Shown: positions 28,695 through 40,500 of the stretch, piece after piece
Numbering within the stretch: position 1 is the stretch's first letter
How the letters are laid out: every line of letters begins with the position of its first letter
NCBI GenBank assembly: GCA_048885525.1
Contig: JBHLLP010000016.1
Span: forward strand, 8,458-72,457
Direction of reading: 5' to 3'
Source: Candidatus Hermodarchaeota archaeon
GTDB lineage: Archaea > Asgardarchaeota > Lokiarchaeia > Sigyniarchaeales > SOKP01
Length of the DNA stretch: 64,000 nt
Made by a program: the position numbers and the translations under genes
The notes under the pieces: model-generated
The model's input: only the letters and a program-made list of their open reading frames with translations
Database searches by the model: none
What the model was told of the DNA's origin: nothing

Positions 28695-31619
28695 TTATTT
28701 TCTTTTAAGTAATACCAGTAAAATTACTCCAAGACAACCAAGTGCCAGTAAAATACCACCAGCTAAAGCGAATCCTAAGAACAAATTATTTGCATACGTA
28801 TATATATCAGTCGGCAAATTCATTTTTTCCTGTATGGCAGGAAAAGAATATTCTGAGTTAACTTTCGATAACCATACCAGAACTGCATCCATTTGAGTGT
28901 CAGTTAAAGAATAAAGATTTTGTAGATAAATGTATACACTCCCATTTTGCATTGCAGCAAACCAGTTTGAAATTCCCTTAGTATGTATTAGGCAATTTTC
29001 TCTCTTTTCTATTTCAATCTCTCTAACAGGTACGGAAAAAGGTGTCTCCCCCCATAAATCTACAGATTCAGATTGAGTAATATAACTCTTAACAGGAATC
29101 CCTAACTCCCAATCTGATAGAATAGGTAAACCGAAAGTAGGATCAAGATCAATGCCATCAATAAAGAGCGTGCCATTAGTCCATTGGCGATGGAATTCAA
29201 ATCCTGCCAGATCAGTTAAAGTTTCTCCAGTTAAATCAAATACAACATTCGGAACAACATTTTGTTTAAATGAAATAAACAACCAGTCAAGAATCAAATC
29301 AATTTGATCTGTGCTTAAATCAAATAATGCGATTAATTCATTTTCTGCAACTGAATCACCTTCAAAAGCATCAATCCATTTTAAAATTCCAATATTATGA
29401 ATAAATGAAGACGAATTAATTACATTAAATAAATCCCATACAATATTCGATGAAATATTAGATTTAATAGGAATTCCCACTTCAAATCCAGTGAGGCCAT
29501 CCCCCAGATCAAGTCCTGTCGGGACAATAGTTCCATTTGCCCATTGTTCTAAAAATAACATTTCAGCATACTCCCGTGTAGTTAATCTAAATCCTAGAGG
29601 TTCCTGAACAATGAAAACAATTGGAACGAGAGTCTCTTTTATTATCGTCGTTAACCAAGTATATAACTTATCAAATTGAACCTGTGTTAAATTTAAAGTT
29701 GTATTTAGCTCATTTTGTTTTGCTTGATCCCCGTTTGCAGCTTTATACCATTTAACAATGCCAGTCTCATTTACAATACCATCTGGATTTATAGGATCCC
29801 AGAGATCAACAGTTGTTTCTATTAAAATATCTGATCTTGTTGGCCTACCTACTTCTAAGCCTGTTTGTCCAGCTCCAGCAAGTTGATCCTCTATTATGTA
29901 ATCATTAATATATCTGCCCAAATAATCTAGATGAACATCCCAAGTTGCATTATATACCGTTTCCATTAAAGTCCTGTTTGTACCAATATTTAAGCGTGCT
30001 GATTCATAGAATTTAAGCCAATCAAGTAGACCAAAACCAGTTTCAATTTGAGTTAATATGCCTGGATAACCTTCATATCCATCCAAAAGTCTATTCTGTG
30101 CTTCTTGTGTATATCCAAGACTGATGTTAGCTCCAAAAAATGTATATTCTGTCACCCCCTTTAATGGAGTAGTAAAGTTAATTCGAAACATCCAGTTATT
30201 GAAAAATGCCTCTCTAACCTCTTCTTCATCAAATAGAGGTCTGGCTATTACTTTATCAAGTTCAGTTTTAATTAGATTTGCAGCTAGCCTTGTTTTTAAC
30301 ATGTCTCCAATTAGGATATGTAGTTCATTAAGTTGGATTCCAGTAGGGAAAATTGAGGCATTTGCCCATTGAGAGTAAAAATCTCTTAATCCTGCAGTCT
30401 CTAACGTTAGTCCTTCTAAAGCGAGTTGGTCAGGAATTATAACTTCAAAAATATATTGAGTGAGGTAAGATGTAAGGTTGCTAAGTTGATAAAATGTAGC
30501 ATTATATTGTGCTTGCATAGCAGCATCCCCTGATGTTTCTGAGTAATACTCTAGATAATCCAAAACACCCTCACCATAGAAAATGTTTTCTAATAATCCT
30601 GGAGCGGTAGAATAACCATATAACAATCTTTGCTGAGCTGTTGAGGTATAATTGAAGCTATTCGATCCTGTTGTTCCATATTCTGAGATACCTTCAATTA
30701 ATGAAGTAACATTAATGGTTGACGTCCAATTAGGATCATTAAAGAACAGTTCTCTTGTTCTCCAAGGGGCATATTCAGAGGGTATCATGCCATAAATTGC
30801 ATTAAAGATGTCAGGAACGATAGAATTCCACAAATAGTTGGAAATATAGTTAGCTACCGCTGTTAATTGATTCCAAGTCGAATCATAAACTGTTTGCATC
30901 GTACTATTGTAAGTAATAGGATCAATTGTTGCATTTTGGTAAAATTCCATATAATCTAAAATACCAGTACCATTCTCAATCTCTTTAATTAGACCGGGAT
31001 TATTAAGATATCCATATAATAATCTCTGTTGAGCAGTTGCAGTAAAATCGAGCGAGCTATTGCTCCCTGTTGCAAATTCTGATACACCCATTATAACAGT
31101 AGAATAATCAACCTGAAATGTATAATTATTGAAAAATTCATTAATTGCATAAGGTTGAGTAGTTGAATTTCCAGTAATAACTTGAACTAATGTATTGTTA
31201 ATGATTTCTGCTGAGTATTTACCATTGATATGATCAAGAATATCAGATGATACCGCCTCAAGACTATCCTGTATCAAATTGGCTGTCATCGATCCATTTA
31301 TTCTTTCTAAAAACAATGGTATAGAAAGATTCTGAAGATATTGAAGCGTACTAGGAATAGCTCTGACTTCAACAATTTCATCCTTTATAAATTCAGTTTC
31401 CTCTTCCTGAATTCGTGGTAAGACCTCTGTTATTCCTAAACCAAGATATTGAGCTTCAATTTCTTCTATTGCTTCTTGTTGAATTGTTAACAGAGTATTT
31501 GGAACATTTGCTGCGACTTGATCTCTCAGATATCCATTTAAAATATATCCAGTTGGTATTAAACCAATACCAATTGTCAATAAAATGACTGAAATATTTA
31601 TTTTTGATTTATTTAACAT
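28695..31619 (-). CDS. Large membrane protein with N- and C-terminal TM helices and a repetitive extracellular region
   Basis: TM helices at both ends, three 'AQ.RLL.GY...PG....I..G.G.LD' repeats, three 'QW.N.....G..L' repeats and many N-x-S/T sequons. Confidence 0.75.
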   Translation of the reverse strand: MLNKSKINISVILLTIGIGLIPTGYILNGYLRDQVAANVPNTLLTIQQEAIEEIEAQYLGLGITEVLPRIQEEETEFIKDEIVEVRAIPSTLQYLQNLSIPLFLERINGSMTANLIQDSLEAVSSDILDHINGKYSAEIINNTLVQVITGNSTTQPYAINEFFNNYTFQVDYSTVIMGVSEFATGSNSSLDFTATAQQRLLYGYLNNPGLIKEIENGTGILDYMEFYQNATIDPITYNSTMQTVYDSTWNQLTAVANYISNYLWNSIVPDIFNAIYGMIPSEYAPWRTRELFFNDPNWTSTINVTSLIEGISEYGTTGSNSFNYTSTAQQRLLYGYSTAPGLLENIFYGEGVLDYLEYYSETSGDAAMQAQYNATFYQLSNLTSYLTQYIFEVIIPDQLALEGLTLETAGLRDFYSQWANASIFPTGIQLNELHILIGDMLKTRLAANLIKTELDKVIARPLFDEEEVREAFFNNWMFRINFTTPLKGVTEYTFFGANISLGYTQEAQNRLLDGYEGYPGILTQIETGFGLLDWLKFYESARLNIGTNRTLMETVYNATWDVHLDYLGRYINDYIIEDQLAGAGQTGLEVGRPTRSDILIETTVDLWDPINPDGIVNETGIVKWYKAANGDQAKQNELNTTLNLTQVQFDKLYTWLTTIIKETLVPIVFIVQEPLGFRLTTREYAEMLFLEQWANGTIVPTGLDLGDGLTGFEVGIPIKSNISSNIVWDLFNVINSSSFIHNIGILKWIDAFEGDSVAENELIALFDLSTDQIDLILDWLFISFKQNVVPNVVFDLTGETLTDLAGFEFHRQWTNGTLFIDGIDLDPTFGLPILSDWELGIPVKSYITQSESVDLWGETPFSVPVREIEIEKRENCLIHTKGISNWFAAMQNGSVYIYLQNLYSLTDTQMDAVLVWLSKVNSEYSFPAIQEKMNLPTDIYTYANNLFLGFALAGGILLALGCLGVILLVLLKRK

Positions 31620-31867
31620 AATAAATATTTTGTAGTGTCTAATTTAAAATTTTCCAATAAAAATACTATAATATCCTTTATTATAATTCTTAATTTAAAA
31701 TAGTAGAATAATTCAAAACTAAATTAGATTTCAGATTGTAATAAAAGAAAAAATAAAATCACTCTTAAAAATAATAAAATGTTGAAATATTTTGACAGAT
31801 CAACAATAATAATATTACAAATACTCTTTCAATAAAAAAAAAACTTTTTTATAGAGTTTATATTAAA

Positions 31868-32437
31868 ATGATTAATATGGAAAATCGAACAATATTAAAT
31901 TTTTTTATACCTTTTGCTGTTATAAGTAGTGTTTTCTGTGGACAAGTTTATAATTTTCTATTATTTTACCAAGCTACTACACTTGAATCTCATTGGTCAA
32001 TTTTCACAACTGATTTTACTTTTGCAAACTTAATGGCTATTACGTTTATCCTTTTCGCTCTAACTTTCTTAATTTCATTTTATTTCCAAAAGAAAGTTGC
32101 TAAAGAATCAATGATTATTGCAGCAATAATATTAATTGGGTTTAGTTGTATATATGCTAGTCTAATTTGGACATGGGAAGTAGTAATTTTAGTATTTCTT
32201 TTAACAGCTATAGCTACAGCTTATCTAATTCCTGTATTTGCAAGGTTAATTTCAGACAAAATATCTCGTGAGAAGTTAAACCAACGATCTGCACTAATTT
32301 TACCGGTAAGTGCACTAATCTGGATATTAATTTCACTTGTTCTTTTTCGGTTTTTTGGAGCATCCTCTTGGCGAATGCTTTATTTCATTACAGGAGTCAT
32401 TAACATTTCATCATCATTCTTAATTTTCATGATTTAA
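31868..32437 (+). CDS. Hypothetical membrane protein (half-MFS-like)
   Basis: About six TM segments, ending 'SWRMLYFITG' as in MFS TM6. Confidence 0.6.
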   Translation: MINMENRTILNFFIPFAVISSVFCGQVYNFLLFYQATTLESHWSIFTTDFTFANLMAITFILFALTFLISFYFQKKVAKESMIIAAIILIGFSCIYASLIWTWEVVILVFLLTAIATAYLIPVFARLISDKISREKLNQRSALILPVSALIWILISLVLFRFFGASSWRMLYFITGVINISSSFLIFMI

Positions 32438-32662
32438 TTGCCTCTCTAGGCGAATTTGCTAGTAATCTTCAAGAAAAGTTTATAACGGTCAATGGTAATA
32501 TGGGAATTTAGTAAATTGATAATGATAATAATTCTTTAGCAAATTACTGATGAATAAAATATAATTTCTTATTTTGAAAAATAATATTAATTTTATTATT
32601 AATATTATAATTAATACATAAAATCTTCTAATACTATTAGAAAGATTAGAACAGGTAGAATC

Positions 32663-33463
32663 ATGTCAAATGAAATCCCGGATAATGTAAAAGATTCTTT
32701 AAGATCGATTGGACTTACTGACTATGAGATTTCGATATATCTTACCTTGATAAGCAAAGGACCTATGGATGCTAGAGAACTTTCTGAAGCCTCAGGAGTA
32801 CCATATTCAAGAATTTATAATATTCTTACTCAACTTGAGAAAGAGAAAATGTGGATAATTAAAGAAGAAGAAAGTAGACCTAGCAGGTATTTTGCTAAAA
32901 GCCCAGATGAGGCATTAATTATAGCTAAGAAGCAATATAATACAAATTTTGATGGTCATTCTAATAAAATTATTCATACTTTAACTCCAATTTACCAATC
33001 TCATGATACTCCTATTAAGATAGCTTTGTACATTCATCGTGGAAGGGATGTATGCATTAATAAAGCTTTATCATTGATCAATTTAGCAAGAACATCAATT
33101 TATCTAGTTTCTACTAAATATGAATTTCTTGAAGTATTTTATGATGATATAAAAAAAGCAAGAGCACGAGGTGTCACTGATTTGCGACTTTTAGTAGAAG
33201 CGGAAGCATTTGAAGATAAAAAATTTCGAAATATGATTAAAAAATATAATTCTCTATGCGAAATAAGATGGAGAGACCAAATATTCGGAAGCGCAGTGAT
33301 AATAGATGAAGGAGAAGATGCGTTTATTGTACTTTCTGAGAGCTTTTTTCCCAAAAAAATGTCCTATTTTGGAGTTTTAACTGATCACGTGGCTTTTGGG
33401 CCCGCTTCCTTGTATTACTTCGATTATCTTTATAAATCAGCAAAAGAAGCGGATCTCGATTAG
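32663..33463 (+). CDS. TrmB family transcriptional regulator
   Basis: GLTDYE..IYL.L...GP..ARELSEASGVPYSRIY.IL..L followed by a PLD-like C-domain. Confidence 0.92.
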   Translation: MSNEIPDNVKDSLRSIGLTDYEISIYLTLISKGPMDARELSEASGVPYSRIYNILTQLEKEKMWIIKEEESRPSRYFAKSPDEALIIAKKQYNTNFDGHSNKIIHTLTPIYQSHDTPIKIALYIHRGRDVCINKALSLINLARTSIYLVSTKYEFLEVFYDDIKKARARGVTDLRLLVEAEAFEDKKFRNMIKKYNSLCEIRWRDQIFGSAVIIDEGEDAFIVLSESFFPKKMSYFGVLTDHVAFGPASLYYFDYLYKSAKEADLD

Positions 33464-33532
33464 ACTTTTCGAAACTTTCTTTTTAAAGTGTAATCTTATT
33501 CTTTAATTAAAAATTTTTAAAAAGCAAAATTT

Positions 33533-33787
33533 TCACCATTTAATAGTTATTGCATGTTCTGGACAGATATCAATGCATTTAAAACAACGTGTACAAACCG
33601 ATGGCCAAATTGCTGTAATCTTCCAATGTTGTGGATCATATATATTTTCTTCTTTAAATTTTAAATCCTCATGTCTTAAAAACACACAAGGATCACAGAC
33701 ATTAAGACATTTTGCGCAATCTCTCGGATCAACATTGCCATTAGGACCACATTTCGAATAATCAATTCTTATTTTTGTTCTACCCAT
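33533..33787 (-). CDS. 4Fe-4S ferredoxin
   Basis: C...CAKCLNVC and CTRCFKCIDICP motifs. Confidence 0.88.
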   Translation of the reverse strand: MGRTKIRIDYSKCGPNGNVDPRDCAKCLNVCDPCVFLRHEDLKFKEENIYDPQHWKITAIWPSVCTRCFKCIDICPEHAITIKW

Positions 33788-33795
33788 AAAACCAC

Positions 33796-34665
33796 CTAAA
33801 AATGTCCATTGAATCCATGAAATTCTTGTCTTGGTATTAGTTTTAGAGCGTCATGTTTACAAGCATGACGGCACACTCCACATCCAAAACATTTATTGTA
33901 ATCAATTATAACCCTCTTAATAGATGGAATATAACGTATAGCATTCCATTGGCACATAGATACACAAGTCTTACAACCTTGACAATTATCCTGATTTAAA
34001 TCAATTATATACTCTGCTTTAGACATGATCATAAGATCAAAGTCATTTCTTAAACGTAAAGCACCACATTCAGGACTTTCACAATTACAAATCGCATTAA
34101 TATATGGAAAAGGTTGATACCAAACCGTAGCTACTAATCCATTCTTATTATGTTGCCCCATCCTCTCTACAGCTTCTTCTCTGGATATTCTATGTGTCCT
34201 CTCTTTTGGAATAAACCTTGGAAGTTTTTCCAAAACTTCAGAAAGTACTCCAAAATTAATACAAGATTGATAATTAATGCTACGTTGCATCTTACGACAC
34301 ATACAATATGTTTCAACAATAGGTTCAGCTGCTAGTTCAGAAAGAATAATCTGAGCATCTTCCATAGGAATAACCTGTCCAATATGACCATCCGCTCTTA
34401 TAGGATTCGGATGTCTAATAGTCCCATGTATCATTCGTTCAACGCTCCATCGAAGTATTTTTCCTATTATTGGCATTTTTAATTTGTAACCCAAACCTTT
34501 TGAAGACATTCCGGCAATTTTACGGATGTATACCGCTTCAAAATTCATCCACTGCTCAGTTAAATAATCTTTAAGATTTCTTTCATCAGCAAGCTGGTTT
34601 GAATATTTTTTTGCATTCATATACCATTTTTTGCCTATTCCATGTTTCATACACCATTTGCACAT
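33796..34665 (-). CDS. 4Fe-4S dicluster domain protein
   Basis: MCKWC..HG, CMCR and ICNC..PEC motifs; C-terminal CQGCKTCVSMC and CFGCGVCRHAC. Confidence 0.88.
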   Translation of the reverse strand: MCKWCMKHGIGKKWYMNAKKYSNQLADERNLKDYLTEQWMNFEAVYIRKIAGMSSKGLGYKLKMPIIGKILRWSVERMIHGTIRHPNPIRADGHIGQVIPMEDAQIILSELAAEPIVETYCMCRKMQRSINYQSCINFGVLSEVLEKLPRFIPKERTHRISREEAVERMGQHNKNGLVATVWYQPFPYINAICNCESPECGALRLRNDFDLMIMSKAEYIIDLNQDNCQGCKTCVSMCQWNAIRYIPSIKRVIIDYNKCFGCGVCRHACKHDALKLIPRQEFHGFNGHF

Positions 34666-34966
34666 TTCTATTTTCCCCTTAACTTCTTATCATATTCAAA
34701 TAATTTAGTATAGATTAAATGTAAAATAATATAAAACTTTTAATTTTAAAATTTCATTTAGGAAGTCCAAAAAGTTCTCAAATGTTCCATCATCCCCGAC
34801 CCTATTTCACCTGTATTTAAATTTTTCATAAATACCATCTGTTCAAAAATTTTAGTATATCTACCTAAAAATAGAAGATTATATACTCTATATTTTACAA
34901 AATAGACCGATTACAACTTTAAATGAAAGAAAAATGGATAGAATTTAAAAAAAGATAAAAAATTGA

Positions 34967-35419
34967 TTATTTTAAAAAAGTTCGCTTTCCTAAATAAATG
35001 AAAAGCTCAGATAATTCAAAAAGCGTTAAAGGCATTATTAATTGAGCCATACTTGTACGAAGTTCTTCTTTATCCTTACCTGCGAGCATTAACTTTCTAA
35101 TGTCTTCGACGTAATCATCCATGTTCAAAAATAATATCTCAATTTTATCTACTCCCGTTAGTTCTTCTATATCTTTATCTAAATGTTCTTCAACATCATT
35201 AAGTAATCCTAATTTTAACTTGGGGTTTAAATCATACTTTTTTATAAGGCGATTCATTTCTTCAATGATAATGTTTAAACTTAAATTCCAATCTGCATTT
35301 TCCTTATATTTTGGAATCAATATTTCACTAATTATTAGCTCATAAAGAGTAGTTGGTGCTTTTTTATCAAAATCTATTTCTGTACCTGTACTTAATTGGA
35401 TCTTTTTTATATCTGACAT
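34967..35419 (-). CDS. Hypothetical protein
   Basis: 150-aa helical ORF. Confidence 0.65.
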   Translation of the reverse strand: MSDIKKIQLSTGTEIDFDKKAPTTLYELIISEILIPKYKENADWNLSLNIIIEEMNRLIKKYDLNPKLKLGLLNDVEEHLDKDIEELTGVDKIEILFLNMDDYVEDIRKLMLAGKDKEELRTSMAQLIMPLTLFELSELFIYLGKRTFLK

Positions 35420-35666
35420 TTAAATTTTCAACTTAATTGAATAATTTTGTTAATCCTTATTAATTAATGGACTTAGCAATAATAAATATTTTTATTCTTC
35501 AATATACTAATAAATAAAAAATGGTAAAAACATTTTCTTCTTATTTTTAACAATTTAAACTATTATTCCCAATAAAATAGATTTTTTTAAATAGAGTTTT
35601 TGCAAAATCTAATCAAGCATATTAATTTTAATAAAATTAATTAAAAATTATTTAATGATTTGAAAT

Positions 35667-36806
35667 ATGAATAAATTTGAAAAAGCACAGCAAATTCTTC
35701 AAGATGAAGATTTAGATGCGTGGCTAATAATTGGATATGAACGTAATGATATAAACTCCCCTTTCATGCTTGGTGTTGAAGCCCCTTCTCTCCATTGTAT
35801 CTATATATCTGCAAGTGGAGATCATCATATAATTGCCGTCGAGATGGAAGCTAACATGATCAAACAAACGCTTGATAAAAAGGGAGTTAAAGCGAAGGTA
35901 TCTTCTTATGCAAGTGATGAAGAGTTCATTTCTTTACTCAAGTCAACAGTTACTAAACCAAGAATAGCATTAAATTATGGAGAAAATCTCTTTACACAAG
36001 AAAGTACAAAATATGCTGACTTTCTTCCCACCGGTCAATTTTTTGCTTTAAAAAAGTTCATACCCAAAACTGGATTCTTTTCAGCAGCTCCGATTATTTA
36101 TAGATTAAGGAGTATAAAATCCAAAGAAGAACAAAAAGACTTACGAACTGCATGCAAAGCCACAATTGAAATTTTAGAGACAATACCTGATATTGTAAAA
36201 CTTGGAATGACTGAAAACGAAATTAAAGCAGAAATTGAATATAGGTATTTAAAAATAGGAAAACCATTATTCCCCACGATTGTAGGAACAGGAGCTCATT
36301 CCGCTGACCCACATCATAATACTTCTAATAAAAAAATCGAACCAGGTCCATTACTAATCGACTCTGGACTGATTCTTGATGAAATTGGTTCTGATATTAC
36401 TTGGACTTTCTGGGTTGGTAAGAATCCTTCAAAAGAGTTTATAGATGCTTATGAAGTTCTCTATGAATCAAAAGAAGTTGCTAATAAATATTATACTGAT
36501 GGAACTCTAAGTATTTTACCTGCTCAAAAATGCCGTGAATATTTAGCGGAAAAAGGTTTTGACCATAAAAAACTCTTCATTCATGGATTAGGCCATGCTT
36601 TAGGTTTTGTTCCTCACGATGTTGGTCCAAGAATTAACATGTCAGCATCAGTAGATTCCATTCTTAAAGAGAATATGATCTATACAAATGAACCAGGATT
36701 TTATTGGACCGGAAAATGGGGAATTCGGCTAGAAGATGATATTATTATAGGGAAAGAAAAATGTGAACAAGTCACTTACAATCCTAAAGATCCAATTGTG
36801 ATTTAA
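35667..36806 (+). CDS. Xaa-Pro peptidase (M24 family)
   Basis: PHH, IDSG...SDITWT, HGLGHALG..HD and EPGFY...WGIRLEDD motifs. Confidence 0.92.
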   Translation: MNKFEKAQQILQDEDLDAWLIIGYERNDINSPFMLGVEAPSLHCIYISASGDHHIIAVEMEANMIKQTLDKKGVKAKVSSYASDEEFISLLKSTVTKPRIALNYGENLFTQESTKYADFLPTGQFFALKKFIPKTGFFSAAPIIYRLRSIKSKEEQKDLRTACKATIEILETIPDIVKLGMTENEIKAEIEYRYLKIGKPLFPTIVGTGAHSADPHHNTSNKKIEPGPLLIDSGLILDEIGSDITWTFWVGKNPSKEFIDAYEVLYESKEVANKYYTDGTLSILPAQKCREYLAEKGFDHKKLFIHGLGHALGFVPHDVGPRINMSASVDSILKENMIYTNEPGFYWTGKWGIRLEDDIIIGKEKCEQVTYNPKDPIVI

Positions 36807-36914
36807 TAACAATTATTCTTGCTTAGGATCTAATCTATTCACATATCTTACTTTAAATCTAACATTTCAAAAATATTTTTTATCAATCTTAATAATAACA
36901 TTATTGATAAATCT

Positions 36915-37427
36915 TTGACAAAACAAAATAAAATAAAAAAATCACCACTTTCTCGTCTTAGAGGCGATAAATCACCTAAAGTCAAAGATAATGGAATTTT
37001 AAACCGTGATGAAGTAATTAAAAGTTTAAACGGTCGTACTCTTATGGTCTATTTTGTTTTGTTAAACAAGAAATCAATTGGAGTACGCGAATTGCAACGT
37101 CACTTAGATCTTTCTAGTCCTAGCGTTGCAAAGTATCATCTTGAGAAATTAGTTAATTTACACCTCATTGAAAATAGAAATGGTATATATCATCTTGATA
37201 GAAAAGCTGATTTACCAGTATTAACTTCATGGGTATTAATCGGCAAAAATCTTCTCCCAAAAGCTATTTTCGTTGCCATATTCTTCACTTTTCTTTTCAT
37301 TGGGTACTTATTCTTTATTTATTCTAATTGGAATAAAGATAGCTTATTTGTTATATTGTTTGGTGTTGCCATTATTGTTTATGTTTGGTTGGATGTGATT
37401 TTTCAATTCAAACGTAAACCAATATAA
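36915..37427 (+). CDS. Membrane-anchored winged-HTH transcriptional regulator
   Basis: GVRELQRHLDLSSPSVAKYHLEKL HTH followed by two TM helices. Confidence 0.8.
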   Translation: MTKQNKIKKSPLSRLRGDKSPKVKDNGILNRDEVIKSLNGRTLMVYFVLLNKKSIGVRELQRHLDLSSPSVAKYHLEKLVNLHLIENRNGIYHLDRKADLPVLTSWVLIGKNLLPKAIFVAIFFTFLFIGYLFFIYSNWNKDSLFVILFGVAIIVYVWLDVIFQFKRKPI

Positions 37428-37550
37428 AGCTCTGATTTATTTTCTTTGAAATTTTTGAAGTGTTCTACAAAATAAAACAGTGTTCTAAACTTTAGTATAA
37501 TAAGTTTAGGTATTATAAAGTGACATATAAGATGATTTCATTATAGGAGA

Positions 37551-40500
37551 ATGAAAATGAAAAGACGAATAAAGGGATCGGTTTTTTTATTGTTGATTTG
37601 TATTCAATTCATGCTATTAGGTTTTAGTGTAATGGGCTTCAATCCCTTAAATATTGATGATCCAGAAGAAGAGGGTGAAAAATTGAATGATGGTACATCA
37701 CACTCATCTCCTTATTATTTTCCTATTAATAAGTCATCCCCTTTAATGACAGAAGAGTATTTAGGTAATGATTTAAATAACAGTCCCAAAATGGCTTATA
37801 ATTATTATTATAATGATTATGTTCTTACACTTAATCTTGATAAGTATGTTCTTACTCCTTCTGAAAATCTTGCAATTAATTTAGGTTTAACCTGCAATTT
37901 AACGGCTTCACCGGGAAAAGTAATTTCGGTCGAAGTTTATCAGGGATTCTACCGGAATTATTATTATTATTACCCATATTATTATGAGACTAAAATACCA
38001 ATTTATAAAGAAAATCATACAACTAATTCTAATGGTCAAGTTTATATTTATTTCGAATCCTTCTTTTCAGAAGGAATTTATACAGTTTGCGCTTATTCTG
38101 AAGGCTATCGAACTTATAAGGAATTTACAGTAGGAGAAGTTGGCATTTTTTATAAAGGGCCACGATATTATAAGGCAAATCAAATTTATACTGCTGCCGT
38201 TCATGTAGTTAACCTAACGGGTTTCTCTGGTATCCCATTTGCTGATTTTAATTATACTATTTCTTATTATGATTATTCCTGTACAAATTGGTATATTTTA
38301 ACCACAGATCAAGGTCAAACTGATGATTCTGGATACAGTATATTTAATACAAATATTCCTTTAGAGTTGGATGATTATCATTTACTTAGATTGACAATAT
38401 GTACAATCGATGGAAAAGCCGAATTCCAAACCTTTTTGTATGAATCTTGGGATTATTACTATTATTGTTTGTGGGGAGGACAACAAAAGACAAGTCAAGA
38501 AAGATTTCAATATATCGTAACAACGGATAAAACAATCTACAGCCCCGGTGATTCTATATTTCTAAGAGTTTTAGTGTTAGAATATTCATTTATGAATGAA
38601 ACTAAAACTCTAATGCAAAATATCCCAATTTCTTTAATTATCTATAATCCAGATGAATTTGCGGTTTTTTGGGCAACACTTACCACTGATGAATATGGTA
38701 TATTAACCTTTACTTTTCCTTTAGATGAAGATTGTGAACTAGGCTCTTATGGATTTGAATTTAGTCAATCAGGTGAAAAATTTAGATATAATGTTAAGGT
38801 AGATCATTATGTTAAACCAGTTTTCAGAGTAAAAATTGATACAAATGGAAAAGATTTTTATCCTTATAACGAAAAATCGTTTGAAGGCTTTGTTTTTGTT
38901 TCATATTATTTTGGCCAACCAGTGGTAGGAGCCTCTGTAAATCTTACAATTTTTAACTATTGGGGAGAACTAAAATACACAATAGAGGGATTTACTAATA
39001 GTGAAGGACGATTTTACTTTTCAATTTCTTTAAGTTCAATAAGAGATTTGGAATATTCTTTTAGTGTAGAAGCGATTGTAATAGACATTTATGGAAGGAG
39101 TGCATCTACAAAAAAAATATATACTCGTATTGATGAATTATTCGCATATGGTTACTTAACTAACTGGGCACCTCATCCTGCTGAAACCTTAGAATATTAT
39201 TTTTATGTATACCAATACGTAATGTCAGAGGATCTATACGGTTATGGATATTGGTATTGGCAATATAACCCTTTATCTAACGTCCCAGTAGATATTGAGG
39301 TTTTTGGAATAAAAGACTATCCGATATACTCGTTAATAATAAAAGATAGAACATTGCTTGCGACCTATTCTAAATTCACTAATAAATTTGGAGCTGGTAA
39401 CTTAGAATTTAAATTACCAATAGAACAAATTAAACTTTATGATTTTTATGAAATCCGATTATCAGTTAACCTCGAAGATGGCCGATCTACCACATCCTCT
39501 TATTATTTCCGCTATAAAAAATATAGTTTAGATATTAATATTATTGACTCCTCTTTGGATCTGGGTAATACCCTTGAATTCGATGTTACTTTTAAAGATA
39601 TTCTAAGAGACTCCCCTTGTACAGGAGAAGGGAGAATTTATATTTACGATTCAAATTATCAATTAATAGGACGAGTAAGTGACATAATTTCAGGGAGTAA
39701 GACTTATTATTTTGACATCCCGAATTTTTATCCTGAAGGTAAATATTATATATATTCCTATGTTTATTCACGTTCTAATGATTACTATGGGGGATATAGT
39801 TATCATTCTGCTCATGAATTTTTTAGAGTGGGTAATTACCATACAATATCATTTATAACTAATTACACTAGTACTGGAACTTATTACGACGAAATTACTG
39901 TTCAAATTGATGATACAATTGAAATTAATGGCTTCTCAAATGTATCAACCAATTTACCAGTTTATCTTGAAATATACAAGCGTGGCCTTCTTTTCTCAAT
40001 TCCATTGGAAATATATAACAACAGTTTTAATTATACATTTCCTGTGAATGCAGATTTAGCTCCTAAGTTTACAATAATTGTATATTCGATTTCCGAATTT
40101 GGTAAATTATATGAAAGTATTCTTGTTGTTCAAGTTGATTATTCTTATGACATAAGCTTATCAACTGATAAAGAAGTTTATGAGCCTGGAGATTTAATAA
40201 CTTTAACTATTACTCCATCAGCTAACATTACATCAGTTTTAGCACTTTCTTTTATTGATAGTGCCGTATTAGATGTAGAACAAGAAGATGATTCAGAATT
40301 AGCCTATTTTACAATGAATGTTTATTCAGCTTATATAAGATCAGGAAGTTCATGGGGTTCTGGTTTTGGTGCTGAAAGTTATTGGTGGTTCGGTTATGGG
40401 ATCCCCACAGGAGGGGTTTATTATTTAGCAGTTGAAGAACCGATTCCTTACCCAGAATATTATTATATTATGTTCACAGAAGAAGATCTGGGAGGTTTTA

